A stretch of DNA of 57,195 nt from Candidatus Bathyarchaeia archaeon. Lineage in GTDB: Archaea > Thermoproteota > Bathyarchaeia > Bathyarchaeales > Bathycorpusculaceae. Below, in pieces: positions 9,821-20,127 of this stretch. The notes under the pieces were generated by a model. That model was not told the origin of the DNA, ran no database searches, and saw only the letters and a program-made list of their open reading frames with translations. Every line of letters begins with the position of its first letter. Position 1 is the first letter of the stretch. Both the position numbers and the translations under genes were made by a program. The stretch is from assembly GCA_050012755.1 (NCBI GenBank), contig JBEKGO010000009.1, forward strand, positions 1-57,195. Direction: 5' to 3'.

Positions 9821-10918
9821 ATGGCGGAAACAACGGGCAAACGCAAAGCAGACCACATAAAGATTTGCTTAGAAAAAAAAGCGCAAGCCAGAAAAGCTAC
9901 CGCAGGTTTCGAAGACATCCAACTGGTCCACCGAGCACTACCAGAAGTCAATAAAGAAAAAATAAGTTTATCTACCTCTTTCTTGGGGAAAGAATTTTCC
10001 GCTCCCTTGATTGTTGGCGCTATGACAGGAGGAACAGAGGAAGCAACTAAAATTAACGCTTCAATCGCCGAAGCCGTAGAAAACCTGCACCTCGGAATGG
10101 GTGTCGGAAGTCAAAGAGCTGCAATAGAGGACAAAAAATTAGAAAAAACATTTTCAGTTGCCCGCAAAAAAGCACCCACTGCCTTCTTAATTGCCAACAT
10201 TGGCGGAGCACAACTTGTCCATGGATACAGCTCAAAAGAAATCAAGAAAGCCATTGAAATGATTGATGCTGATGCGCTGGCTGTCCATTTGAACGCTTTG
10301 CAGGAAGCACTTCAGCCTGAAGGACAAACCAACTTCAAAGGCGTTTTAGCCAAAATAGGTGAAATTGCAGGCGAACTTGACAAACCTGTCATTGTTAAAG
10401 AGACAGGGTGCGGCATTTCGGGGGAGGACGCAAAATCGCTTGAAGCTGCAGGTATAAAAGCAATCGACGTCGGAGGCGTAGGCGGCACAAGTTTTGCAGC
10501 AGTAGAATACTACCGAAGTAACCAAAAAGATATGGGTGGACTTTTTTGGGATTGGGGGATCCCCACAGTAGTAAGTATTATTGAAGCAACTCAGACCGTA
10601 AAGATTCCTGTAATTGCTTCTGGCGGAGTGCGAAGCGGCTTAGATATAGCTAAATCATTAGCTCTAAACGCAAAGTTAGCCAGTGTTTCCCAGCCTGTGC
10701 TTGAGGTTGCAGTAAAAGGGGCAAAAGAAACACAGGAATTTCTTTTCCGTTTAATAGCTGAACTGCAAAATGCGATGTTTCTTGTAGGCGCTGAGAACCT
10801 TGAAGCGTTAGCTAAGATGCCTTTAGTCATAGGTGGAAAAACTTCAGATTGGCTCAACATCCGTGACTATGACACTGTTAGTTATGCGCAGAGGAGCACG
10901 TTAACATTTGAATATTGA
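9821..10918 (+). CDS. fni: Type 2 isopentenyl-diphosphate delta-isomerase
   Basis: RKADHI, AMTGG, GVGSQR, HLNALQE-x-x-QPEG, VKETG-x-G, GGTSF, ASGG. Confidence 0.95.
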   Translation: MAETTGKRKADHIKICLEKKAQARKATAGFEDIQLVHRALPEVNKEKISLSTSFLGKEFSAPLIVGAMTGGTEEATKINASIAEAVENLHLGMGVGSQRAAIEDKKLEKTFSVARKKAPTAFLIANIGGAQLVHGYSSKEIKKAIEMIDADALAVHLNALQEALQPEGQTNFKGVLAKIGEIAGELDKPVIVKETGCGISGEDAKSLEAAGIKAIDVGGVGGTSFAAVEYYRSNQKDMGGLFWDWGIPTVVSIIEATQTVKIPVIASGGVRSGLDIAKSLALNAKLASVSQPVLEVAVKGAKETQEFLFRLIAELQNAMFLVGAENLEALAKMPLVIGGKTSDWLNIRDYDTVSYAQRSTLTFEY

Positions 10919-11978
10919 AAAGTTTCTAGAAGAAAAAGCGCCTCTAGTCGACAAAACAATTGAAAAGTATATTCCTCGAAAATTCAGCAAAACCTCCATC
11001 CTCTTCAAAATTAACCCGCCAATGTACAGCTACAACCTAGAACCGCTTAACAAAGCGATTGCAGAGCCCATCTGGGACATGCTTGACCGAGGCGGAAAAA
11101 GGTGGCGACCAGCCCTATTTCTGCTCATATGTGAGGCGCTCGGAAAAGAATCAGATTATTGTTTAGATTTCTCCATTATCCCAGAAGTAATCCACAATGG
11201 CACATTAGTTATTGATGACATAGAGGATTCTTCAGAACTGCGCCGGGGCAAGCCATGTACTTACAAAATTTTCCAAATGGACATCGCCGTCAACGCTGGA
11301 AACGCGATGTACTATCTTCCGCTTCTGCCTCTGATGGCGCAAAGAGAAAAGCTTACGCCTAAAGTGCAGCGTGACGTTTACGAGGTTTATGTTCAAGAAA
11401 TGATTAACCTCAGCATGGGGCAAGCCATGGATATCGCATGGCATAGAGACCTTGCAAATGCGGATGAACTGGGGGAAGATGATTATTTGCAGATGTGTGC
11501 TTACAAAACAGGCACCCTTGCTCGAATGGCTGCGAAAATGGCGGCGGTTCTAGCAGGCGCCGACATGCCTTTGGTGGAGAAGCTGGGGCGTTTTGCCGAA
11601 AGCATTGGTGTCGCCTTCCAAATGCAAGACGACATCTTGGATTTAACAGGAGAAGAGTTTGCCAAAAAAAAGGGTGGCGTCGGACAAGATATTACTGAAG
11701 GCAAAAGAAGCCTAATGGTTATTTACGCCCTAAAAAAAGCCAACATCAACGATAAAAAGCGACTAATTGAAATTTTGAACATGCACACTTCCAACCAAGC
11801 ACTCCGCGACGAAGCAATAGCATTAATGCAAAAGTACGACGCATTCGAACACGTTAGACGCACGGCTGAACAGATGGTTGCGGAAAGTTGGAAAGAATCC
11901 GAAAAGCTTCTACCAACGCCTGAAGCTAAGGAAAAATTAAAAGAGTTCGCTGAATTCTTGATTAAAAGAAACAAATAG
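10908..11978 (+). CDS. Polyprenyl (probably geranylgeranyl) diphosphate synthase
   Basis: GGKRWRP, FARM DDIED..RRG, GQAMD, KT, SARM FQMQDDILD. Confidence 0.93.
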   Translation: MNIEKFLEEKAPLVDKTIEKYIPRKFSKTSILFKINPPMYSYNLEPLNKAIAEPIWDMLDRGGKRWRPALFLLICEALGKESDYCLDFSIIPEVIHNGTLVIDDIEDSSELRRGKPCTYKIFQMDIAVNAGNAMYYLPLLPLMAQREKLTPKVQRDVYEVYVQEMINLSMGQAMDIAWHRDLANADELGEDDYLQMCAYKTGTLARMAAKMAAVLAGADMPLVEKLGRFAESIGVAFQMQDDILDLTGEEFAKKKGGVGQDITEGKRSLMVIYALKKANINDKKRLIEILNMHTSNQALRDEAIALMQKYDAFEHVRRTAEQMVAESWKESEKLLPTPEAKEKLKEFAEFLIKRNK

Positions 11979-12001
11979 GTTTCAGCGAGCGTAAAAAGAA
12001 A

Positions 12002-13753
12002 TTGTCATTAGAAAGCGATATTGAACTTAAAGAGTTTATTCGCAAAGCGGCTTTGATTAATGCAGTTTCTCATGACGGGAGAGCTCAGGCAGGCGCCTTA
12101 GTTGGCAAGGTTATTGGCGAAAGACATGACCTAAGGTCAAAAGTCAAAGAGCTCTCCGCCGTAATCAACGAAGTCGTAAATGAAGTTAACAGCCTCTCAC
12201 TGGCGGAACAGAAAGCAATTGTGGAGGAAAAATGGCCTGAAACCCAAAAGAAAGAGAAAGCTGAGGAAAAAAAGCTCCCGCCTCTGCCCAACGCTAACAA
12301 GTATTCTAAAATTGTAACGCGGTTTTCTCCTAACCCGGACTGTGTTCTACATTTGGGTTCCGCAAGAGCTATCCTATTGAGCCATGAATACGCCCGCATT
12401 TACAATGGCAAATTCATTTTACGCTTTGAAGATACTGACCCAAAAATCAAAAGACCATCTTTGGAATTTTATGATAGCATTAGGCAGGATTTGAAGTGGC
12501 TTGGCTGCAAAGTTGATGAGGAATACATCCAAAGCGACAGGCTACCAATCTACTATGAATATACTGAGCGGCTCGTTAAGGATGGCAACGCGTATGTCTG
12601 TGAATGCCCAACAGAAGAGTTCCGCAGAAAAATCTTAGCTAAAGAACCTTGCCCTTGCCGAGTTTTGTCTGCTTCTGAGAATTTGGAGCGTTGGCATCGT
12701 ATGTTAAACGGCGGTTACCAAGAAGGACAAGCCGTGGTCCGCGTTAAGACAGACCTTGAAAATCCTAATCCTGCAGTTCGAGATTGGCCAGCTTTAAGAG
12801 TTATTGACACAAAAAAGTATCCTCATCCGCGAGTCGGCAGCAAATACATCGTTTGGCCGCTCTACAATTTAGCGGCAGGACTGGACGACCACCTGATGGG
12901 CATGACCCACATCATCCGAGGTAAAGAACACTACACAAACATGGTTCGCCAAAAATACATGTATGAATATTTAGGCTGGACATACCCCGAAGCCATCCAC
13001 TATGGAAGATTGAAAATTACAGGCGCCTCTTTAAGCAAATCAAAGATTGTCCAAGGAATAAAGGAAGGCTGCTATGCTGGATTTGATGATCCCCGCCTCG
13101 GCACATTCGCCGCGCTAAGGAAGCGTGGCATAACACCAGAAGCTATTAAAAAAATGATTATCGATGTAGGCATAAAATCAAACGATGTTACTTTAAGCTG
13201 GGAGAATCTGTTTTCTTACAACCGTAAAATACTTGACGCTACAAGCGACCGCTACTTCTTCGTCTCAGAGCCAGTTGAGCTTAAAGTCTTGCATGTGCCA
13301 AAGACTTTCCAGTCTAAGCTTCCTATGCACCCAGAAAAGCCCGAACGAGGCTTCAGGGAGTACACTGTAACGCCTGCAGGAGACGAAAAAGCAGTAATTT
13401 TCTGGATTTCAAAAAAGGATGCGGACGCAATGGAAAATGACAAGATAATCAGGCTCATGGAGCTCTTCAACGTCAAAATTGAAGGTAAAATGGCCAATCT
13501 AGTAACGGCAACATTTGCGAGCGAATCTTATGAAGATGCAAGAAAAATTAAGGTTCAGCTTATTCAATGGATTCACAAAGGCGACGAAATTCCGTGTCAA
13601 GTTGTTATGCCTGATGCTTCAGTAACTGAAGGTTTTGCCGAGAGCGCCTGCAAAAAGTTAAAGCCAGACGCCATAATACAGTTTGAACGCTTCGGATTCA
13701 CAAGAATAAACGAAGTAAACCAAAAAATAATAGCTTATTACGCTCACAAGTAA
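12002..13753 (+). CDS. gltX: Glutamate--tRNA ligase (archaeal type)
   Basis: TRFSPNP, HLGS (HIGH), LRFEDTDP, THIIRGKEH, LSKS, QFERFGF. Confidence 0.97.
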   Translation: MSLESDIELKEFIRKAALINAVSHDGRAQAGALVGKVIGERHDLRSKVKELSAVINEVVNEVNSLSLAEQKAIVEEKWPETQKKEKAEEKKLPPLPNANKYSKIVTRFSPNPDCVLHLGSARAILLSHEYARIYNGKFILRFEDTDPKIKRPSLEFYDSIRQDLKWLGCKVDEEYIQSDRLPIYYEYTERLVKDGNAYVCECPTEEFRRKILAKEPCPCRVLSASENLERWHRMLNGGYQEGQAVVRVKTDLENPNPAVRDWPALRVIDTKKYPHPRVGSKYIVWPLYNLAAGLDDHLMGMTHIIRGKEHYTNMVRQKYMYEYLGWTYPEAIHYGRLKITGASLSKSKIVQGIKEGCYAGFDDPRLGTFAALRKRGITPEAIKKMIIDVGIKSNDVTLSWENLFSYNRKILDATSDRYFFVSEPVELKVLHVPKTFQSKLPMHPEKPERGFREYTVTPAGDEKAVIFWISKKDADAMENDKIIRLMELFNVKIEGKMANLVTATFASESYEDARKIKVQLIQWIHKGDEIPCQVVMPDASVTEGFAESACKKLKPDAIIQFERFGFTRINEVNQKIIAYYAHK

Positions 13754-13765
13754 AGGTGAAGTGAC

Positions 13766-14068
13766 ATGAGAAAACTCGATAAAGCAATAATTTGGCCAAT
13801 ATACTTTGAAACTTCAAAAACCAGAAATGAAGGTCGCAGAGTATCAAAAAACTTGGCAGTGCAATCTCCAAAAATCATTGAACTCAAAGAAGCAGCCGAC
13901 AAGCTGGGCTTAAAAAACGAGATAAAACTTGAGGCTCATTTTCCCAAAACTCATTGGGCTAAGAGTGGAATGTTGCTTGTCGAGAAGAAAGAAGCCAAAG
14001 AAAAGATTATTCAAAAGATAGCAAAACAATTAGTGAAAATTAGAAACCAGCAACAGCAAACAAGGTAA
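13766..14068 (+). CDS. srp19: Signal recognition particle 19 kDa protein
   Basis: IIWPIYF..KTRNEGRRVSK.LAV..P motif. Confidence 0.93.
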   Translation: MRKLDKAIIWPIYFETSKTRNEGRRVSKNLAVQSPKIIELKEAADKLGLKNEIKLEAHFPKTHWAKSGMLLVEKKEAKEKIIQKIAKQLVKIRNQQQQTR

Positions 14069-14080
14069 TAAAGAAAATTT

Positions 14081-14476
14081 TTACGCTTTTTCTTTGCCTG
14101 CAATCAAGACTGCGTTGATTACGCCGTCGTTGCCTGGACGACTGGTAATTTTTGCCTGACCTAATGCGGTTTCGATTTCTGCGCCTTTTGTGATCACGCC
14201 TCTTCTGTTGAAGTCAACGTTTGCGCCGTTTTTAATTACGCGGGTGATCTCAGTTTTCTGTGTCTTGCCTGTTTTAGGGTCAGTTACTGAAGCGAACTTG
14301 TCTGTTAAAACTTTGACCTTGACGTTGCCGCCTAAGCCTCTTGTGGTCTTTCTTTTTGGTTCGCCAAGAATGGTTTCTGCTGCATATCCGCCTGCTTCAT
14401 ATTTTTTCTTTGACCTGTAAGCTCTTTTTTTGCCGCCTGAGAGTTTTCTTTTGTATATACTGCTATGGAAAGCCAT
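14081..14476 (-). CDS. rps8e: 30S ribosomal protein S8e
   Basis: RK-x-SGG, RG-x-GGN-x-K, RRGVITKGA-x-IET, TSRPGNDG. Confidence 0.96.
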   Translation of the reverse strand: MAFHSSIYKRKLSGGKKRAYRSKKKYEAGGYAAETILGEPKRKTTRGLGGNVKVKVLTDKFASVTDPKTGKTQKTEITRVIKNGANVDFNRRGVITKGAEIETALGQAKITSRPGNDGVINAVLIAGKEKA

Positions 14477-14588
14477 ATTCTACATTTCCTCTTATGAATA
14501 TCTAATTCGAGTAGTCACTAAAACGGTTATTTTCCATATAAACGTATCCGTTTTAAGATTGCGCTTCTTCGCCGAGAAATGTTCCTTG

Positions 14589-15188
14589 TTACTTTTCTGT
14601 TTCGTCTTTTAGGGCTTCACCAAAAATCTTCTTCAGGTTTTTTTTCATCTCAGTAATATCGTTTGGTAACCCGAAATAGTCAGCGAAGTCACTTGTGGTT
14701 TTCAACGCCATTGTGCGTCCGCTTTTTTCAGCCTGAATCAGACGCCTTTCTTTTAGCTCTTTGATATGACCATATGCGTGTTGCCCCCTAACGTCAATTA
14801 CCCTTTTTTGGGAAATTGGTTGCCTGAGAGCAATGTAAGAAAGAGTTTTTAGGGGTCCAGAAGAGAGCAATGGGCGATTCACGAGTTTTTGGATTAAGTG
14901 AGTAAATTCTGCCTTAACCTGAAGTACATAGCGTTCGTCTTTTAAAGCTAGAATTTCCAGCGCTGTATTTCTTGCATTATACTCTTGAATGAGCGTGTCA
15001 GCGTACTTCATTGCTTTCTTTTTTGAGCGGCTGCCGATGACTTGGCACAACTCGTTAACATCTAGGGGGCGACCGGCAACAAATAATGCTGCTTCCAAAA
15101 GTGCAATAGAATGGGCTTTTCGCTGGTTATCCTGCGCTTGCTCCGCCTCAGCGTTTAAATCAACTGGTTGTTCCTTGGGTTTTTCCAA
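14589..15188 (-). CDS. scpB: SMC-Scp complex subunit ScpB
   Basis: LEAALFVAGRPL, TLSYIALRQPI, RG, TT..F.DYFGL. Confidence 0.93.
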   Translation of the reverse strand: MEKPKEQPVDLNAEAEQAQDNQRKAHSIALLEAALFVAGRPLDVNELCQVIGSRSKKKAMKYADTLIQEYNARNTALEILALKDERYVLQVKAEFTHLIQKLVNRPLLSSGPLKTLSYIALRQPISQKRVIDVRGQHAYGHIKELKERRLIQAEKSGRTMALKTTSDFADYFGLPNDITEMKKNLKKIFGEALKDETEK

Positions 15189-15876
15189 CGTTCAATTTCC
15201 CCACAGTAATGTATAATTCTTCAGTTTCTTCATCCTGCCATAAACTTATCTTGCAATCCTGGGCTAAAAACAAGAGATAAATAAACATTCTTAAAGCTTC
15301 AATTCTCGTTGCACCTTTCGACAGAGTTGAAAAATCGATTATTCCTGAGCCTTTCACTTTTTCGCACAAAATAGCGTACAGTTGATCAACTTGTAATTCG
15401 ATTTCAGCCATATACCTGTCAAACTGCGGCAGCAAATCTGTAACTGAGGGAAGAACAGGATGCTGCTCAACCGTATGGTTTAGATGAAGCAGTTTTTCGC
15501 CTTTTAACACATCATCTAAAACTTCGAGCAGATGCTGAATGGTCGTTGAAGTTAACTCGTGTCTAAGGGGCAAAAACAGTGGTGGAGGAACAAAATCTGT
15601 AGGACCCTGAGGGGGCAATGCAGGTGGCTCTTGCAATGTAAGCAACAACTTTGACTTCATCAGGTAAATCAGGGCTGAAGAATCCAATGCTACACCTGAG
15701 GCGCGGAAATCAACATTTTCTGTTCGCTCCATCTCCGAGAGAAACGACCGCAAAAGGTAAGCTATGTTAATGTTCCAAGGAGTAAGCTTCTCAAGCTTGC
15801 TGATTTCAAATAGGATGTTCCAGGGTGGACGAAGGTAGAAGGGCCTCCTAAGAGGTGTTTTCGAGGTTGAAGCCAT
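15160..15876 (-). CDS. scpA: Kleisin subunit ScpA
   Basis: PWNINI, L..SA.....KS..LL, F..LLFL C-terminal wHTH; located between smc and scpB. Confidence 0.88.
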   Translation of the reverse strand: MASTSKTPLRRPFYLRPPWNILFEISKLEKLTPWNINIAYLLRSFLSEMERTENVDFRASGVALDSSALIYLMKSKLLLTLQEPPALPPQGPTDFVPPPLFLPLRHELTSTTIQHLLEVLDDVLKGEKLLHLNHTVEQHPVLPSVTDLLPQFDRYMAEIELQVDQLYAILCEKVKGSGIIDFSTLSKGATRIEALRMFIYLLFLAQDCKISLWQDEETEELYITVGKLNVGKTQGTTS

Positions 15877-18800
15877 TTAGCTGGAAGCCTCCAGCGGGAA
15901 CTTCGCTGTCACAACATTAGAAACCCCGTTACGTTCATAAACCCCGTAGACTTTTTGCGCTTTATTAACCATTTCAGGACGCAAACTGATTACGACAAAC
16001 TGCATTTTTGCTGCTTCCTCAAGAAGCACTTCAGCGAGTTTTGCTGTGTGGAAAGCATCTAAGTGCGCGTCAACTTCGTCAAGAATGTAGAAGGATGCAG
16101 GAGTAAACTCTTTTAGTGAGAAAATGAAGCTGACGGCTGAAACGGATCGTTCGCCTCCGCTTGCCCCGCTAACGACAATTGAGGGTTTGTTTGGAAACTG
16201 AACAATCATGTCTATGCCGCCGGCAAAGGGTTCTTCTGGGTTTTCAAGCTTAAGTGTTGCTTCTCCGCCGCCAGTGAGTTTGGAAAAGTAGTTTTTGAGG
16301 CCAATATTGATTTTATCAAAGGCAGTCATGAAAACCTTGCGTTTTTTAGCCTCAATCTCATCCATAAATTGAACAATGGCTTGTTTTTCTCTTTCCAACT
16401 CGTTTAAGCGCACCGATAATTCCCTGTACCTAGATATCTGATCCGAATAGTGTGAAAGCGCAAGCTGGTTTATGGCACCTATTCTTTCCATTTCAAACTG
16501 CATCATGCGAATGGTAGTTTCTGCATCTTCAACCTGTTTCTGATTGGTTTCCAAGGGCTGCTCATAGCCGAATTGGCGAAGCTGGAATTGCAGTTGCTGG
16601 ATTTGCAGTTGGCTGGTTTCCATGCTTAGTTGAAGCTGGTTTAGCAGCCGTTCTGCCTGTTCATACTCTGAATCAAGTGTTCGCAGGTCAGCGTCAATTG
16701 CGTCTATTTGCGAAGTGAATTTTTTAGATTCTTCACGAGCAGAAAACACCGCTTTTGAAAGTTCAACACGGCTTTTATCTTGTTCCTCAAGCTCTTTTTT
16801 AATTGCTTCGCGCTCTTGAATTGCCTCAGCAACTTCCTTCTCGATTTTTCTTTGCTGTTGCTCAACCTTAACTATTTGTAACTTTATGTTTCTGTATCCG
16901 TTTCTAAGAACTCGGTCGAACTGGGATTGATAAGTCGAAATTTCTGTTTGGGTAGAGCCTGATTTCTGGCGGAGGTTGTTTAGTTCTTCACCAATTCTTT
17001 CCCGCTGAACTTCGAGTTCTTGGATGTATGCCACATCAGTTTTCAATCTTAAATTAACTATGTCAGCGCGTAGTTTTTGGTCGTCTCTCCGCATGGAATT
17101 GCGTTCGTTCTTGTACATGCTCATGCGGCCTTTATAGGAAGCTGCTTCACGCTCAAGTTTGCCGCCCAGTTTTTCAGTATGCCGAATGTTGAATTGCGTT
17201 CTTTTAACGCTTCTTTTAATCCTAACTATTTCCCTATCTAAAGTAGCAATTGAATCCGATAAGCGTGTGATTTCGATTTTGCTTCGCTCAATCTCTTCCT
17301 CGATATCCACAATGTCGGTTCCTCTTTGAGTAAGATGGGTCTGGAGAGCTTTCACAGCTTCATCTAAACTTTTTAGTGCATTTTCACTTGGAATAATTGT
17401 TGAGAAATCTATTGGTGCACGATAATAACCGCCTTCAAAAGCACCGGGCTCATACAAGTCACCGTTGACAGTAACTGCTCGGTAGCCTTCATTTGAAAGA
17501 GCGAAAGCGGTTTTGTCGTTTGAAACAACCACTGTGTCTCCGAAAACGTAGTTCACAGCCAACGCATACTGACTGTCAAATTTCATGAAGCTTGATAGAG
17601 GACCTACCACGCCGTCTCGGTTGGGTGTTGCTTTGTTTTTTATGTTGATGGCACCTTCCAAGGGGATTATTTTGATTCTGCCCAGCTTCATGCGCCTAAG
17701 CGTCTCGGTGCAAGTAAACGCTGCATCAATGTTTGCTACAACTAAAGCATCAAGCCAACCGATAGCCGCCGCTTCTATAGCTTTCTTATAGTTTTTGTCA
17801 ATTTTTATTAATTCTCGCAGTCTACCGTGAATCCCAACAATTGCGCCGGCATTACCCATCTCCTCAATACTTCTTAGCGCTTTTTCTTCAGCGGCTATGG
17901 TTGCTGCAAGATCCCGTTGAGTGGCAAACTCTATCACAGCATCTTTGGCGGAACTGGCTATTTTTTCTGCTCCAGTTATTTCTTTTTCAACTGTTTCTTT
18001 TTGGAATTTTTTGTGTTCAATTATGTGTTCCAGATTTTTGAACTGGTTTTTTTGATCTTTTTGAACCTGCTCAAGTTCTGATAGCGACTTTTCAATTTCA
18101 ACTAGGCTTGATTGGAATTTTTCTTTTCTCACACTCAAGTTTTTGAGTCTGCCAGAGCAAACCCGAAGAGCTGCCTTGTCTTTCGTATATTCTGAGCGTA
18201 AATAGGCAAGTCGTTTAACATGATTTTCAATTTCGGCTTGCTTCAAGCGTATTTGCTGGCTATTGTCATCAAGTCCACCCCATAGCTCGGCTGTCTGTTT
18301 AACCAACGCCTGATGATCCAACTCTTTTTGTGCAATTTGATCTTTAATTTTGTTATATTCATTGCGGAATGCTCGGATTTTCAAGCGGTTTTCCCGTATT
18401 TCCTGTCTAAGGTTTTCTTGCTGGGCAATGTTGTTTTCTCTAACCCGCTTTAAGCTTTCAAAACTTCCTTGCCCGGAATTAATTTTGGTTGACAATTCCG
18501 TCAGTTTAGATTTTAATTCACCGATTGTTATTTGAACTTTAAGAACTTCCGATCCGCCTGCTTCCAAGTTTTCGCCGCTGAGTTTTCGCCAATCAGCTTC
18601 AATTTCATGACGTTTTGATCTCCGCGCATCACGCCGTTCTTTTAATTTGCTAACTCTATCTTTTACTTTTTCAATTTGACCAGTTGACTCATTTATTTTA
18701 CTGTTCAATTGAGTTATTTCGCTTGAGGTTTTGATGGCTTGGAACTTTTTGGTTTCACTTTGAATGAAATTATAACGCAAAAGTTGGTTACGTTCACGCT

Positions 18801-19428
18801 CCAAATCGTCTAGGCGTTTTTGGACTTCGTCTATTCTGCCCATGGCTGTGCGGATTGAAATATCAGCTGACCGAAGTTTTTCTTCCGCTTCCGCCTTCTC
18901 GGCATCATATTGGCCTATGCCTACGAGGTCTTCGATGATTCTTCGGCGTTCAAGGGGGGTAATATCAGTCAACCTGGTCAAGGTACCCTGGGGGATAATG
19001 TTTTGGCTCACACTACTTATTGAACTCATGGAGAGAGTTTCTGTTATGTATGCCCTTGACATTCTTCTCCCGTTTAAGCGGTAAACGCTTTGGCCGTTTC
19101 TAAAAACTTCACGTGAAATAGTTACTGTTGTTGTATCAACAGGCATTGTACCATCTGAATTGTCAAATTGGATAACAACTTTTGCCATTTTGGCTTTTTC
19201 TTGCCCTGCTTTTTCTGACCCATGAAAAATCAGCTGAGCCGCATTTTCAGCGCGCAACCTTCTTGTACTTAGTTCACCAAGGGAGAAAAGCACTGCATCC
19301 ATGATGTTGGATTTTCCGCTTCCGTTAGGACCTGTTACTGCGGTGAAGCCTTTATCAAGGTTAATTTTGATGGTTTGTGGTCCAAAAGACTTGAATCCCT
19401 TTATCTCGATTTTTTTTATGTAGGGCAT
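15877..19428 (-). CDS. smc: Chromosome segregation protein SMC
   Basis: GFKSF, Walker A GPNGSGKSN, hinge, long coiled coils, SGGE, Walker B ILDEVDAHLD. Confidence 0.98.
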   Translation of the reverse strand: MPYIKKIEIKGFKSFGPQTIKINLDKGFTAVTGPNGSGKSNIMDAVLFSLGELSTRRLRAENAAQLIFHGSEKAGQEKAKMAKVVIQFDNSDGTMPVDTTTVTISREVFRNGQSVYRLNGRRMSRAYITETLSMSSISSVSQNIIPQGTLTRLTDITPLERRRIIEDLVGIGQYDAEKAEAEEKLRSADISIRTAMGRIDEVQKRLDDLERERNQLLRYNFIQSETKKFQAIKTSSEITQLNSKINESTGQIEKVKDRVSKLKERRDARRSKRHEIEADWRKLSGENLEAGGSEVLKVQITIGELKSKLTELSTKINSGQGSFESLKRVRENNIAQQENLRQEIRENRLKIRAFRNEYNKIKDQIAQKELDHQALVKQTAELWGGLDDNSQQIRLKQAEIENHVKRLAYLRSEYTKDKAALRVCSGRLKNLSVRKEKFQSSLVEIEKSLSELEQVQKDQKNQFKNLEHIIEHKKFQKETVEKEITGAEKIASSAKDAVIEFATQRDLAATIAAEEKALRSIEEMGNAGAIVGIHGRLRELIKIDKNYKKAIEAAAIGWLDALVVANIDAAFTCTETLRRMKLGRIKIIPLEGAINIKNKATPNRDGVVGPLSSFMKFDSQYALAVNYVFGDTVVVSNDKTAFALSNEGYRAVTVNGDLYEPGAFEGGYYRAPIDFSTIIPSENALKSLDEAVKALQTHLTQRGTDIVDIEEEIERSKIEITRLSDSIATLDREIVRIKRSVKRTQFNIRHTEKLGGKLEREAASYKGRMSMYKNERNSMRRDDQKLRADIVNLRLKTDVAYIQELEVQRERIGEELNNLRQKSGSTQTEISTYQSQFDRVLRNGYRNIKLQIVKVEQQQRKIEKEVAEAIQEREAIKKELEEQDKSRVELSKAVFSAREESKKFTSQIDAIDADLRTLDSEYEQAERLLNQLQLSMETSQLQIQQLQFQLRQFGYEQPLETNQKQVEDAETTIRMMQFEMERIGAINQLALSHYSDQISRYRELSVRLNELEREKQAIVQFMDEIEAKKRKVFMTAFDKINIGLKNYFSKLTGGGEATLKLENPEEPFAGGIDMIVQFPNKPSIVVSGASGGERSVSAVSFIFSLKEFTPASFYILDEVDAHLDAFHTAKLAEVLLEEAAKMQFVVISLRPEMVNKAQKVYGVYERNGVSNVVTAKFPLEASS

Positions 19429-19609
19429 TTAGTCTTTATCCTCACCGCAAGCAGTGCATATTATTTTAACAGTTCATCACCATACGTATAAAAGCTTATA
19501 CCACTTAACCCTGTCTTTACACACATCATCGCCTTTGAACAACTTAATGATTGACATACAAGCAAGAAAAAAATAAATGGCGCCTTTCATAAAATAAAAA
19601 GAAGTTGTC

Positions 19610-20017
19610 GTGAGGGAAAAAACTTTGTCTTGCAGTTTAGAAGAACTGAAAAAATTAACCTGGGATTATCTTGAAAATTGTCAGGTTGTTTTTCTTGCTA
19701 CTGTTGATGGTGACCGGCCCAAAGTTAGACCAGTTACGCTTATGCGCAATGGGAAGGATTTGTTTACTGTTTCAGGTCTGAAAAGCGCAAAAATCAGGCA
19801 GATCATTGAAAATCCCAATGTTGAGTTCGCGTTTTCTTTACAGGACATCGGATTTAACTCAATTCGAGTAGAATGCACAGCTGAAATAGTTAACGACAAA
19901 AAAATCAAGGCCGAAGTCTATGACAGCCAAGAACATGCTCTGATTAGGCTAGTTCCAAAAAGATTCGTCGTTATTATGCCTCCCTCCTTTGAAGCGGTAA
20001 CGATTCCTTTACCTTAA
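19610..20017 (+). CDS. Pyridoxamine 5'-phosphate oxidase-like FMN-binding split-barrel protein
   Basis: VFLATVDGDRPKVRPV, S-x-K-x-x-QI-x-x-NPNVE. Confidence 0.85.
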   Translation: MREKTLSCSLEELKKLTWDYLENCQVVFLATVDGDRPKVRPVTLMRNGKDLFTVSGLKSAKIRQIIENPNVEFAFSLQDIGFNSIRVECTAEIVNDKKIKAEVYDSQEHALIRLVPKRFVVIMPPSFEAVTIPLP

Positions 20018-20127
20018 GGCAATCAGATTCCAGATCTTGCCTAACACATTTCTCTGGCAGAGAAGCGCACACTTGATTAAGAAAGACTATATTACAAAGT
20101 TAATGTGAAATAAGCTAAAGGATTTCT

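Noticed and set aside
14589-19428. smc-scpA-scpB as a novel or Wadjet-type defence system
   Set aside because: Canonical condensin-type SMC with hinge; no JetD-like nuclease adjacent
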